Assembly (NCBI GenBank): GCA_011364965.1
Contig: RDOB01000002.1
Coordinates: 545,849 to 609,848 of the forward strand
DNA from: Candidatus Heimdallarchaeota archaeon
Lineage (GTDB): Archaea > Asgardarchaeota > Heimdallarchaeia > Hodarchaeales > Hodarchaeaceae
Reading direction: 5' to 3'
Length of the DNA stretch: 64,000 bases
Part shown: piece by piece, positions 7,619-16,879 of the stretch
How positions within the stretch are numbered: the first letter of the stretch is position 1
Layout: every line of letters starts with the position of its first letter
Notes under the pieces: model-generated
What the model was told of the DNA's origin: nothing
The model's database searches: none
The model's input: only the letters and a program-made list of their open reading frames with translations
Translations under genes and position numbers: made by a program

Positions 7619-10606
7619 GTGGGATTGTTGGCTTTCCAAGCACATTTCAACAAAATCGTGGATCTCATCGTCGTTTCGACTGAGGTAGTTTTAGCAGCAA
7701 GACGGATGATTTTTGCAACACTTTTTGGTTTAATCATTGCTCTTACAGTAATTTCTCAAAGTTCAATTCTAATAGAATCTTATCGACAAAAAATATTCGA
7801 GGAACTAATGGATCAGGGGTCTTACTATAGTGATGAGGGTGATGTTACGATATATGTGCCCTATGGAAGCCTTCAATCAGAAGAATTTTCACGAATAGGG
7901 GGATCTAAATTCTTTACTAACTTCACAGAGTTTGATCAATTAATAAATAATAGTTTAACCATTAATAATTATACTGATTATCTAGATGAAAGATTATGGT
8001 TTAGTGAAATCGTAATAGGAGTCTGGTTAAATAGAACTGATTATCGTTATGAATCTTCGGATGTATTTCCCCAGCAAATGCTTTTTTATGCCTCATCAAA
8101 TGATTATTTTTATGAAGTTATCTCATCATTAGTTAAATCACAAGGAAAAGGAAGATTTCCGCAAATTTCATCGGAGCTATTACTTATTCGACCTCGTGGA
8201 TTTCCAGAATATGAATGGGATCGAGATAGAGAAGAGATTTTTGAAAATCTTACTGTTGGAACTGAAATTAATTTAACCTTTACTGAAATTTATAATGATA
8301 ATTCACTTGATTCTGCAAATCAAACAGCTAAAATTGTTGGAGTACTAGAATACAACCGTGAATACATGGATCGGGCATCACCATATAGCGATGATCTCTC
8401 CAATATCATAAAATCATATCTAACTCCTTATTTTCCTTGGGAAGGCTATTTTTTTCTTTATAATCGGACTAACTTCCCGCAAATGATAGATTTATTGCTT
8501 GAAAACGTACATTTCGGTGAATACTTTTCGATTAATGGTGAGGTTAATGGAAGACTCACTTTTGATCGATCCAAATTTAATGTGTATAATATAAACCAAG
8601 AAATAACTCATTTTGAGGATTTTCTCGATTTAGTAGAACGGCAATTATATAGTATAACATCTTATTCTTACATTTTTTCTTCTTTATTACAACAAATGCG
8701 CATGTACGAAGGAAGAATTCAAGAATTGAATATCTTTCTACTACTTATTAGTATTCCAATCCTTGCAATAGCTTTATATTTAGTAAATTTCTCCTTTGAG
8801 TTAATTAAAAGACAGAAACAGGAACATATTGGCATTATTAAGACTCGGGGAGGCTCTTGGGTTCAATTGCTTATAATTTTATTAGGAGAAATGCTTTTGT
8901 CAACATTAATAGCAGTTTTCATCGGATTTCTTTTCAGTACGTTGCTAGCTGAACTAGTGATGCGATCAACAGACTTCCTAGAATTCTTAGGCCCTGGAAT
9001 ACCAGTTATTGCCCCTGTTCAAACCCTGAGGACTCTGATTATGATCGGGGTGGTTATTGCACTCCTCTTGAATTTTCGACGAATTTTTAAAATGAGTAAA
9101 ATGAAGATAACTGATACTTTAGACTCTACAAAGGAAATATCGCCATTTTGGAAACGATTCTACTTGGATGTTGTAATGTTTGCTTTTGGCACAGTTGTTT
9201 GGTTAATCCTTATGAGTCTCTTAGAATCAGTTATGACTCCATCCGAGGAGTTTAATCCCATTATTTATATTCTTTACCCGATATTTTTCCTTCTAGGTAT
9301 TCCTGCACCTTTTCTGATGCTTTTTGGCTCATTGATGATGGTTTCTCGGATTTTTCCGATATTAATTGATCGTATTGGGAACTTTATGTGGAATATCAAA
9401 GGGGGAATAAACGCTTTCTCAGTTCGTAATATAATACGTCATAAACGCGCAGCAAATCAGGCCGTTCTATTGATTACTTTTGCTATTGCTTTTGCTATTT
9501 TATCTGCATCTTTGGTATATTCTCTTGAAGAAACCCAACGATTAAGGTATTACTATGAAGAAGGTAGCGATTTAAGTTTAACTACAGGCCAAGAGTTCAA
9601 TAATAGTATAAAAACAGTATTAGAAGAAAATATATCTGATATTTCCGAGATAACAGAAATTTATCTAGTTCAAGAAAACTCAATGGGATATATTGGAATC
9701 AGTTACACAATGATGTTTTTAGATCCCATTACTTTTCCAGGAACGATTTTTAAGAGTCCAGTTTATGGATTGAGCGATGCCATAAATAACCTAATGGAGG
9801 AATTGCAGGATAACAATTCAATTTTGCTTCTAGAATCCAATTTTCAGAAATCAGTCTCAGTAAATGAGATTGGAGACAACCTCTCTCTCTCTTTCAGTAA
9901 CGATACTGGAGTTATAGCTATTTCACCTCGTATTGCTGGAACCTTTAACTACTGGCCTTCTATGTATCCTACTCCTTGGTTGGATTATGACCGTGAATAT
10001 TTCCTAGTTGGAAGTCTTGGCATGTTTGAAAAATTGGATAGAGCTTATTTTACCGATGTGAGAGCGAAGTATTTAATGAAGCTATCTAGCCAAGGTAATG
10101 TCGAAACTGTTTATGAAGAGATTAAAAACAAAACAGGTATATCTCCAAATTGTCCCTTACTTAAGTTTGAGGAGTATAAAGAATCTTTTGATAGACACTT
10201 CTCTCTTTCGATTCTCAATTCAGATTTAATTGTAACAGGTACTATCTCGATTATTGGGGTAGTCATGTTTGGCTTTTTCACTCTTATAGAACGAAATAAA
10301 GAAATTGGGGTAGAACGTGCTCTTGGTATGACGCGTAAACAAACTGCACAGTCTCTAGTAGTTGAGGCAATTACTATTTTAGATTTTGGTCTAATTATAG
10401 GATGCATTGCAGGCACTTACTTTGTGAGTATGTTTCTAAAAGTTCTCTCGGTTGGATATCTGGTTCCTCCTTCAATTGTGAGCTATCCAATAGAAATTCT
10501 CATTCGATTAATCACTGGTATCGTCTTATTGGCAGTTTTGGGAACAATTGGTCCCGCTTTTTATGCAACTCGTCGAGATATCAGTCGTATTTTGAAAGTT
10601 GAATAA
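7619..10606 (+). CDS. FtsX/MacB-family ABC transporter permease (two FtsX domains)
   Basis: RQKQEHIGIIKTRGGS and ERNKEIGVERALGMT FtsX motifs; two large extracellular domains. Confidence 0.85.
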   Translation: MGLLAFQAHFNKIVDLIVVSTEVVLAARRMIFATLFGLIIALTVISQSSILIESYRQKIFEELMDQGSYYSDEGDVTIYVPYGSLQSEEFSRIGGSKFFTNFTEFDQLINNSLTINNYTDYLDERLWFSEIVIGVWLNRTDYRYESSDVFPQQMLFYASSNDYFYEVISSLVKSQGKGRFPQISSELLLIRPRGFPEYEWDRDREEIFENLTVGTEINLTFTEIYNDNSLDSANQTAKIVGVLEYNREYMDRASPYSDDLSNIIKSYLTPYFPWEGYFFLYNRTNFPQMIDLLLENVHFGEYFSINGEVNGRLTFDRSKFNVYNINQEITHFEDFLDLVERQLYSITSYSYIFSSLLQQMRMYEGRIQELNIFLLLISIPILAIALYLVNFSFELIKRQKQEHIGIIKTRGGSWVQLLIILLGEMLLSTLIAVFIGFLFSTLLAELVMRSTDFLEFLGPGIPVIAPVQTLRTLIMIGVVIALLLNFRRIFKMSKMKITDTLDSTKEISPFWKRFYLDVVMFAFGTVVWLILMSLLESVMTPSEEFNPIIYILYPIFFLLGIPAPFLMLFGSLMMVSRIFPILIDRIGNFMWNIKGGINAFSVRNIIRHKRAANQAVLLITFAIAFAILSASLVYSLEETQRLRYYYEEGSDLSLTTGQEFNNSIKTVLEENISDISEITEIYLVQENSMGYIGISYTMMFLDPITFPGTIFKSPVYGLSDAINNLMEELQDNNSILLLESNFQKSVSVNEIGDNLSLSFSNDTGVIAISPRIAGTFNYWPSMYPTPWLDYDREYFLVGSLGMFEKLDRAYFTDVRAKYLMKLSSQGNVETVYEEIKNKTGISPNCPLLKFEEYKESFDRHFSLSILNSDLIVTGTISIIGVVMFGFFTLIERNKEIGVERALGMTRKQTAQSLVVEAITILDFGLIIGCIAGTYFVSMFLKVLSVGYLVPPSIVSYPIEILIRLITGIVLLAVLGTIGPAFYATRRDISRILKVE

Positions 10607-10687
10607 GCTTCATCCAAACATTTATTTAACTTGAGTGTCATTTTAGCTATTGAAATATAAGTCCCTGAAGATTAGGATTCAAAAAAA

Positions 10688-10840
10688 ATGGGAGAAACAC
10701 TAGGACCATGTCGAAGGTGCGGAAAACTTATGATCCAACCTCATCCGACTGGATTATGTCGTGAATGTCGTGAGAAAAGTGGTTTAAGAGCACCTCCAGA
10801 CAATCCTGATATACCAGAACCATTAAGATTTGAAAAATGA
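10688..10840 (+). CDS. Small zinc-ribbon protein (50 aa), missed by the ORF track
   Basis: MGETLGPCRRCGKLMIQPHPTGLCRECREKSGLRAPPDNPDIPEPLRFEK*; two CxxC motifs. Confidence 0.75.
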   Translation: MGETLGPCRRCGKLMIQPHPTGLCRECREKSGLRAPPDNPDIPEPLRFEK

Positions 10841-10940
10841 TATTGTGGTATTTTGTATTCAATTCTTAATATCACAAATCTTTTCATCCAATTCATTTAT
10901 GATTCCAGTTAAATAAAATTATGCTTAAGGAGATAAAAAT

Positions 10941-12278
10941 ATGAAAGATGATATTTTTTCACAATATGATCCTCTAGAAGAAGCTTTGCAAGAGGGTATC
11001 AATCCTGAGGAGTATATTATCGGGAGTTACATGGTTCAACTTGGTCCCAGAATGGATCCATGGTACCTGGGTCGTGCAGCAGCTTGTGAACAGTCTACAG
11101 GTACTTGGGTTCCTGTACCAGCTAATACTCCTGAGCTTCGTGCGAGATTTGGAGCAAAAGTTATCGGAATTTACGAAGTTCCCAGTTATGAATTTGAAAT
11201 CCCTAAAGATGTTGAAGAACGTAATTATATTTATCAAATTGCATTTCCTGCGCTGAATCAGATTAATTCTATAGGTTTAATGTTAACAGCGGTTCATGGA
11301 AACATCAGCATGGGCGGAAAACTTAAATTATTGGACATACGTTTCCCTAAAAAATGGATAAAACAATTTCAAGGTCCAAAATTTGGTATTGAGGGAATTC
11401 GAAAACTTTTGAAGGTACCTGACCGTCCATTACTTAATAACATGATAAAACCTTGCTCTGGTTGGACCCCAGAAGTGGGAGCCCAACTTTTATATTCTGC
11501 TGCGTTAGGAGGCTGCGATGTAATAAAGGATGACGAATTAATAGCTGATATGGATTATAACAGGATTATAGATCGTGTACCACTGATGATGGAGGCAATA
11601 GACAAAGTTAGAGATGAAACTAATGAAGAAACTCTGTACACGTGCAATATTACCGACAATTTAACCAAACTCAAACAGAATGCACTTGCTGTTCAGGATG
11701 CAGGGGGCAATGCACTCATGCTTAATTATCTTGTTGTCGGACTTCCTGCCTTACGTATGCTAGCTGAAGATCCAGATATTAAATTACCGATTCTAGCTCA
11801 TATGGATTTTGCAGGAGCTTTTTATGAAAGTCCATATTCAGGTGTTTCTTCTTTTCTAATCATGGGAAAATTTGCTCGACTTGCAGGAGCAGACATTGTT
11901 GTTTATCCCGCCCCATATGGCAAAGCACCTTTTTTAAAAGAAAAATACATGGGTTTAGCAAAAGCGCATCGTTATCGAATGCACCATTTAAAACCAACCC
12001 TACCAATGCCCTCTGGAGGGATTACACCTGGGATGGTCTTACGAGTGATGCAAGATCTTGGAAATGATGTCATGATAGGCTCAGGTGGAGGAATACATGC
12101 ACACCCAGATGGACCAGTAGCTGGCGCAAGAGCATTTCGGCAAGCTATTGAGATTGGGATGAATGACATGGTCAAAGCGAGTGAGGATTTTGAGGATTAC
12201 GTTGAGGATCATGAGGATAGCTACCCTGAACTAGCTCGAGCGATGGAAACTTGGGGAGTCGCAGATACGAGATTCTAA
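10941..12278 (+). CDS. RuBisCO-like protein (form IV RLP)
   Basis: EQSTGTW, MIKP, DVIKDDE, SGG and GGGIHAHPDG motifs; AHMDFAGA in place of the HRAxH of true RuBisCO. Confidence 0.88.
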   Translation: MKDDIFSQYDPLEEALQEGINPEEYIIGSYMVQLGPRMDPWYLGRAAACEQSTGTWVPVPANTPELRARFGAKVIGIYEVPSYEFEIPKDVEERNYIYQIAFPALNQINSIGLMLTAVHGNISMGGKLKLLDIRFPKKWIKQFQGPKFGIEGIRKLLKVPDRPLLNNMIKPCSGWTPEVGAQLLYSAALGGCDVIKDDELIADMDYNRIIDRVPLMMEAIDKVRDETNEETLYTCNITDNLTKLKQNALAVQDAGGNALMLNYLVVGLPALRMLAEDPDIKLPILAHMDFAGAFYESPYSGVSSFLIMGKFARLAGADIVVYPAPYGKAPFLKEKYMGLAKAHRYRMHHLKPTLPMPSGGITPGMVLRVMQDLGNDVMIGSGGGIHAHPDGPVAGARAFRQAIEIGMNDMVKASEDFEDYVEDHEDSYPELARAMETWGVADTRF

Positions 12279-12377
12279 GCTTCATCCTTTTTTTCCCTCT
12301 CATGATTCAATAGGAGAAGCATTGATAAATATCACTAATGATTAAGTAAACAGTATTAAAATTCCGTTTCACTAAAG

Positions 12378-14141
12378 GTGAATTTAATTTTGAGATTTAA
12401 TGGTTACATTTTGTTTGGAATAACGTTAATTTTACTTTCAAATATATCCATGAATTCATATATAGAAATATCTGATGATTCATTTTCTAAATTTCACGTT
12501 AACGGTTATATTTCGTCTGAAACGATAGCACCAAAGGTTGAAATCGAAATTGCTCTGATAGATCAGGAAACCAACCAAATTATGGCTGAACCAACAGTAG
12601 TTAAGGTTCTAGTAATTAATGTTCAAGATAGTGGAACAGCTAATGATTGGATTGAAATCGCCAAAATCGAAAATGCTGATATAATAATTGCTGATGAAAC
12701 AGGATTATGGGGAAAAGATAACGATGCAATGCTTAATGAAATCCTTGCAGAACTGAATGCCAATTTTCCTACAGAAACACCCTATACTGGATATGCTTTG
12801 CATGGTCAAGAACGAGCAAGTGAGGGTGAGGCTGTTATTACGCGTTTTCCTATTGTGAGAGCTACGGAAGTTAAAGAATTTATTGCAGACGATGGAACCA
12901 TAATCAATCCATATTATCATGTTATTGATGTTGAAATTAATATCAGTGGTGTCGTTACTCACGTAGTGGGGGCTCGATTGCAGTGTTGTGGAGATGAAAG
13001 AGGTTATATGGATAGTAAAGATCCTCCCAAACGCCGTGCTATAGATCATGAGGGATATGTAAACTATCTTGACTCGCTTGGCTCAGTGCCAATTCTCTAT
13101 GGTGGGGATTTAAATTCTTATTCACCTTATGATGTTGGTGAGATTGCGCCTAGCGAAGCAAATTTAGGAGCTGCCCCAATATCAATGCTTGTTAATTCTT
13201 CATATCCAACTGCATCTGAAAATCATTCTTGGGTAGATGTATATCGTGAGACCAATCCTTACGATAAAGGGTATACTTATGTTGATTGGCAATATCAGAG
13301 TCGCATAGATTATCTTTTTGTTAATGATTTCTTTCACGATAAACTAATCAACTCCACTGTTTTACCCTTTCCTCCTGATATTACTCCTCCTGATCATTTT
13401 CCTCTTGTCGCATTCTTTAATATGAATCCTGAGCTAGCAGATCTACGTCCCCCTATTAAAATACATAATATTAGGGGAACAATAATTAATAGTACGAGTA
13501 TCAATATAACCTGGGATTCTAATCCTGAAGTAGATTTAACTGAATATATTATTCATAAAGATGATTTAGAAATCGATCGGGTGACAACTCCTAACTATGT
13601 TGATAGCACGCTAGTTCCTGGTCAAATTTACCGATTTCGTGTATCTGCAATAGATACTAGCAATAATATTGGAGCTAAATCCATTCTTTTCATTCTTAAT
13701 ACGACTTTCGGGATTTGTCGGACACCTGGACCCCCTGTATTAACAGCTACAGGAGGAATAAATAACAATACGTTATCTTGGATTTTGAATGATAATGGAG
13801 GTCTTCCAGTAACAGGATATCAACTATACAGAATTTATACATATCCCTCATCTGGTTATGAATTGATTCATCGTTATCCTACTGGTATTTCCGCTGGAAT
13901 CTTCCCACCTGAGCAAACTACTTTTATTGATACAGGAGTTGCACCAGGAAGGACGTATCGCTATTTAATTACTGCTCTCAATGAGCTGGGAGAAGGAGTA
14001 AAATCTGAGATTGCCTTTGGGACAGTTTTAACCTCCCCTACGACAACAACGACTGATGGGGCTCCTACATTTGGTTTCAGTATAATTCCGATTGCTTTTA
14101 CACTAACTTTGATTACGATTTATAGAAAAAAAAGAATTTAG
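12378..14141 (+). CDS. Secreted, surface-anchored endonuclease/exonuclease/phosphatase (EEP) protein with two FN3 domains
   Basis: Signal peptide; GGDLNS, SRIDYLFV, PDHFP motifs; FN3 W...Y.F/Y patterns; Thr-rich linker, TM and basic tail. Confidence 0.82.
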   Translation: MNLILRFNGYILFGITLILLSNISMNSYIEISDDSFSKFHVNGYISSETIAPKVEIEIALIDQETNQIMAEPTVVKVLVINVQDSGTANDWIEIAKIENADIIIADETGLWGKDNDAMLNEILAELNANFPTETPYTGYALHGQERASEGEAVITRFPIVRATEVKEFIADDGTIINPYYHVIDVEINISGVVTHVVGARLQCCGDERGYMDSKDPPKRRAIDHEGYVNYLDSLGSVPILYGGDLNSYSPYDVGEIAPSEANLGAAPISMLVNSSYPTASENHSWVDVYRETNPYDKGYTYVDWQYQSRIDYLFVNDFFHDKLINSTVLPFPPDITPPDHFPLVAFFNMNPELADLRPPIKIHNIRGTIINSTSINITWDSNPEVDLTEYIIHKDDLEIDRVTTPNYVDSTLVPGQIYRFRVSAIDTSNNIGAKSILFILNTTFGICRTPGPPVLTATGGINNNTLSWILNDNGGLPVTGYQLYRIYTYPSSGYELIHRYPTGISAGIFPPEQTTFIDTGVAPGRTYRYLITALNELGEGVKSEIAFGTVLTSPTTTTTDGAPTFGFSIIPIAFTLTLITIYRKKRI

Positions 14142-14313
14142 TGATGTGATCCTGAAAACAAATCTTTTTTTTTATTTTATCAATAATGAGACTAAATTAC
14201 CTTCTCACGGATTAGGATTCGCTAAGTTGATGAATTACGAGACGTAGTGGAATTTAAACCCCATTTTTTGGTAAAAACAATTCTAACACTTATTTAACTC
14301 TAAAGGGATCGAG

Positions 14314-14759
14314 ATGAAGAAAAACATAAGATTAACTCTTCTACTCAATTTAATGGTTATCATTTTGCTCTTTTCGAGCTCAATTGATAATCCTTATGGT
14401 GCACGTGTGAATATTGTTGAAACTAATTCCCTTTTAACTATGTTTTTGCTAATAATATCGATGAAGATCCTGATTGGCGGACTAATACCCTTTTCGATAG
14501 AAGAATTGCTTGTTATATTCGCAAGGATGATATTTACGTTAGAGATATGCTCCTTTTAAGTGAGGTTATAGAGCGATTAAATGCTACCTGAAGATTTCCT
14601 TTTATAACACCAACAATTCCAAGAATAAAAAATCCTAGTCCTCCCAGAGACTCAACATCAGTAACCAATAAAACAAATGAGCCATCTCCGGGGTTTCTGG
14701 TGATATTAACTGCCATTAATTTAGTTATTGCGTCAAAGAGGAAGAGAAAAGGAATTTAA
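14314..14759 (+). pseudogene. Degraded small surface protein (signal peptide to PGF-like C-terminal anchor)
   Basis: Signal peptide from 14314; frameshift near 14427; TGA at 14589-14591; then ...TSVTNKTNEPSPGFLVILTAINLVIASKRKRKGI*. Confidence 0.55.
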
Positions 14760-14776
14760 TAAATAAATTCACACTC

Positions 14777-15070
14777 TCATTCTCTCCCTCCTGCAACTGG
14801 GGGAAAAATTGATATAATATCATTATCTAGTATGACAGTGTTTAGTCCTTGAAGATATTTAATATTTCTCCCGTTGATTAATATATGATTCCATTCTTTG
14901 AGGGAATAGTCTTCATTGACTAGAATATCTTTTATTTCGGGTAATTTATAACAGATTACTTTCAATAAATGCAAAATGGTGGAATTTTCGTCTAATGCCA
15001 AGGTTAACTGGTTATTTTTAGTAAGGTGTCTAAAAGTAGCAAAAAAATTGACTTGAACCAGAATGCTCAC
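14777..15070 (-). CDS. moaD: MoaD/SAMP ubiquitin-like sulfur carrier with C-terminal GG-RE extension
   Basis: FFATFR, ILINGRNI, ISIFPPVAGG(RE); last gene of the AOR operon. Confidence 0.85.
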   Translation of the reverse strand: MSILVQVNFFATFRHLTKNNQLTLALDENSTILHLLKVICYKLPEIKDILVNEDYSLKEWNHILINGRNIKYLQGLNTVILDNDIISIFPPVAGGRE

Positions 15071-15103
15071 AATTAATTCTCTCTGAATATTTTTTTCAAC
15101 GAT

Positions 15104-16807
15104 TTAGCTTTCTGATTTTGCTTGCTCTTCTCGTCTTAGTTTTTTCTTATCAAGCTTCATGACTGATGTTAGGGGTAATTGATTTCTAAACTCGACGCTT
15201 TTTGGAATTGCATACGGAGGAAGTTTTTCTTTGCAGTAATTAATAATATCCTCTTCAGTAACCTGATCGTGATCGGATTTTAAAACTAAAAATGCTTTCA
15301 CTCGTTCACTCCCAGGTCGTTCTGGATCTGGAATACCTATAACTCCTGCGACATTAACAGCTGGATGAGCATATAACACATCATCAACTGTTTGAGAATA
15401 AACTTTCATTCCAGAAACATTAATCATGTCTTTGATCCGATCTACGATATGAAAGTATCCCTCTTCGTCAATTTTTCCGATATCGCCTGTAGCAAGCCAA
15501 CCTGCGTCATCTAAACCCGATCCTGGAGTCGGCCAGTAACCTTTCATCACCTGAGGTCCGCGAATCCATAATTCTCCTGGATTTCCAGGACTACATTCTT
15601 CTCCAGTATCGGGATCAATCAACTTTACTTCAGTATCTGGAATAGGAATTCCAATTCCTACTTTTACCTTGGGGATAAATCCAGTAACCTTTGACAATCC
15701 AGATAGATTTAAATGAGTACATGCAGTCGCTTCACTCATTCCATATCCTTCTCCTAATGGAATCCCAATTTTCTTTTCCCATTGTTTTGCGACGTCTCTC
15801 GGAAGAGCTGCTGCTCCAGAAAAAAAGAAAACAGGCATTTTTGGGAGATCTGAATTTAAGAGAAGGGTATAATGGGTAGGAACGCCTCCAACCATGAATG
15901 GGCGATATTTTTTGATGGTTTGAGTAATTGTATTTAAGTCTCTTGCGTCAACAAGTAAAATCCTCAATCCCCATGATATACACGCATGCATCATCCAATG
16001 TCCCATTTGATGGAATATTGGAACCATGATCACAACAGCAGCTTTTCCAATAACTCCAGTCCGTAAGGGATGAACCATCCAATGGAATGCTTGTACAACA
16101 TTGGTCGTAACATTTGCGTGAGTCAACATTGTTGCTTTTGGCATTCCTGTTGTACCCCCAGTAAAGGGTAAAAGGGCTAAATCTTCCTGAGGAATAATTT
16201 TTAAAGTGGGTGGAGGTAATTTGTCATAATACTTTTCTGTTAACTCTTTCATTGAATGCAAATTGCTTATACTCGGTAAGACAGTAGTATCTGGTATTGT
16301 ATAATCAGGAAAACTCGGAACTTGTGTATAAATTACGTGATCGATCTGGATTTGTTCTTGTATTGCTACAATTCTATCCAATCGCCTATAAGAACAAATT
16401 ATTATCCTAGATCTCGTTTGTTGTACTTCATATAGCAATTCAGGAGCCTGATGCAATATACTTAATGGAGCATGGATTCCACCAGCTTTCATTATTGCAT
16501 AATCAGCAATTATGAATTGGGGGCAAGAGGGAAGAATTGTAATAACTATATCTCCTTTTTCTACTCCGATGTCTACTAAAGCTGCAGTAAAAGCATCAAC
16601 TTCATTCTTTAGCTCTTTATAAGTCATTTCGGACAGAAAATTTTCTCCTAAGAATGTACATGCGATATTGTCTGGGTAAGTCTTTGAAGAATCATCTAAA
16701 AATTGATAAACTGGGATATTGGGGTAAGGAGCCATTGAATGTGGCAATTTAAAAGGGCCAATTTTATAATTTTTTAACCAAGGTTTCTCAACAGACAAAA
16801 ATTTCAC
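15104..16807 (-). CDS. Long-chain fatty acid-CoA ligase (AMP-binding family)
   Basis: FTGGTTGMPK, EGYGMSE, TGDIG, DRIKDMI motifs. Confidence 0.88.
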   Translation of the reverse strand: MKFLSVEKPWLKNYKIGPFKLPHSMAPYPNIPVYQFLDDSSKTYPDNIACTFLGENFLSEMTYKELKNEVDAFTAALVDIGVEKGDIVITILPSCPQFIIADYAIMKAGGIHAPLSILHQAPELLYEVQQTRSRIIICSYRRLDRIVAIQEQIQIDHVIYTQVPSFPDYTIPDTTVLPSISNLHSMKELTEKYYDKLPPPTLKIIPQEDLALLPFTGGTTGMPKATMLTHANVTTNVVQAFHWMVHPLRTGVIGKAAVVIMVPIFHQMGHWMMHACISWGLRILLVDARDLNTITQTIKKYRPFMVGGVPTHYTLLLNSDLPKMPVFFFSGAAALPRDVAKQWEKKIGIPLGEGYGMSEATACTHLNLSGLSKVTGFIPKVKVGIGIPIPDTEVKLIDPDTGEECSPGNPGELWIRGPQVMKGYWPTPGSGLDDAGWLATGDIGKIDEEGYFHIVDRIKDMINVSGMKVYSQTVDDVLYAHPAVNVAGVIGIPDPERPGSERVKAFLVLKSDHDQVTEEDIINYCKEKLPPYAIPKSVEFRNQLPLTSVMKLDKKKLRREEQAKSES

Positions 16808-16879
16808 CCCAAGAAGATAATTCTCGTAGTTTATTAATTTAAAACTTTGCAGATAAAAAGAATGGGATTAGGTTTTTGT

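Noticed and set aside
10941-12278. Bona fide CO2-fixing RuBisCO
   Set aside because: It lacks the HRAxH substrate-binding motif (has HMDFAG), consistent with a form IV RLP.
14420-14440. Programmed -1 frameshift at TCCCTTTTA
   Set aside because: The slippery heptamer is not in the required phase, and the downstream frame also contains a stop.
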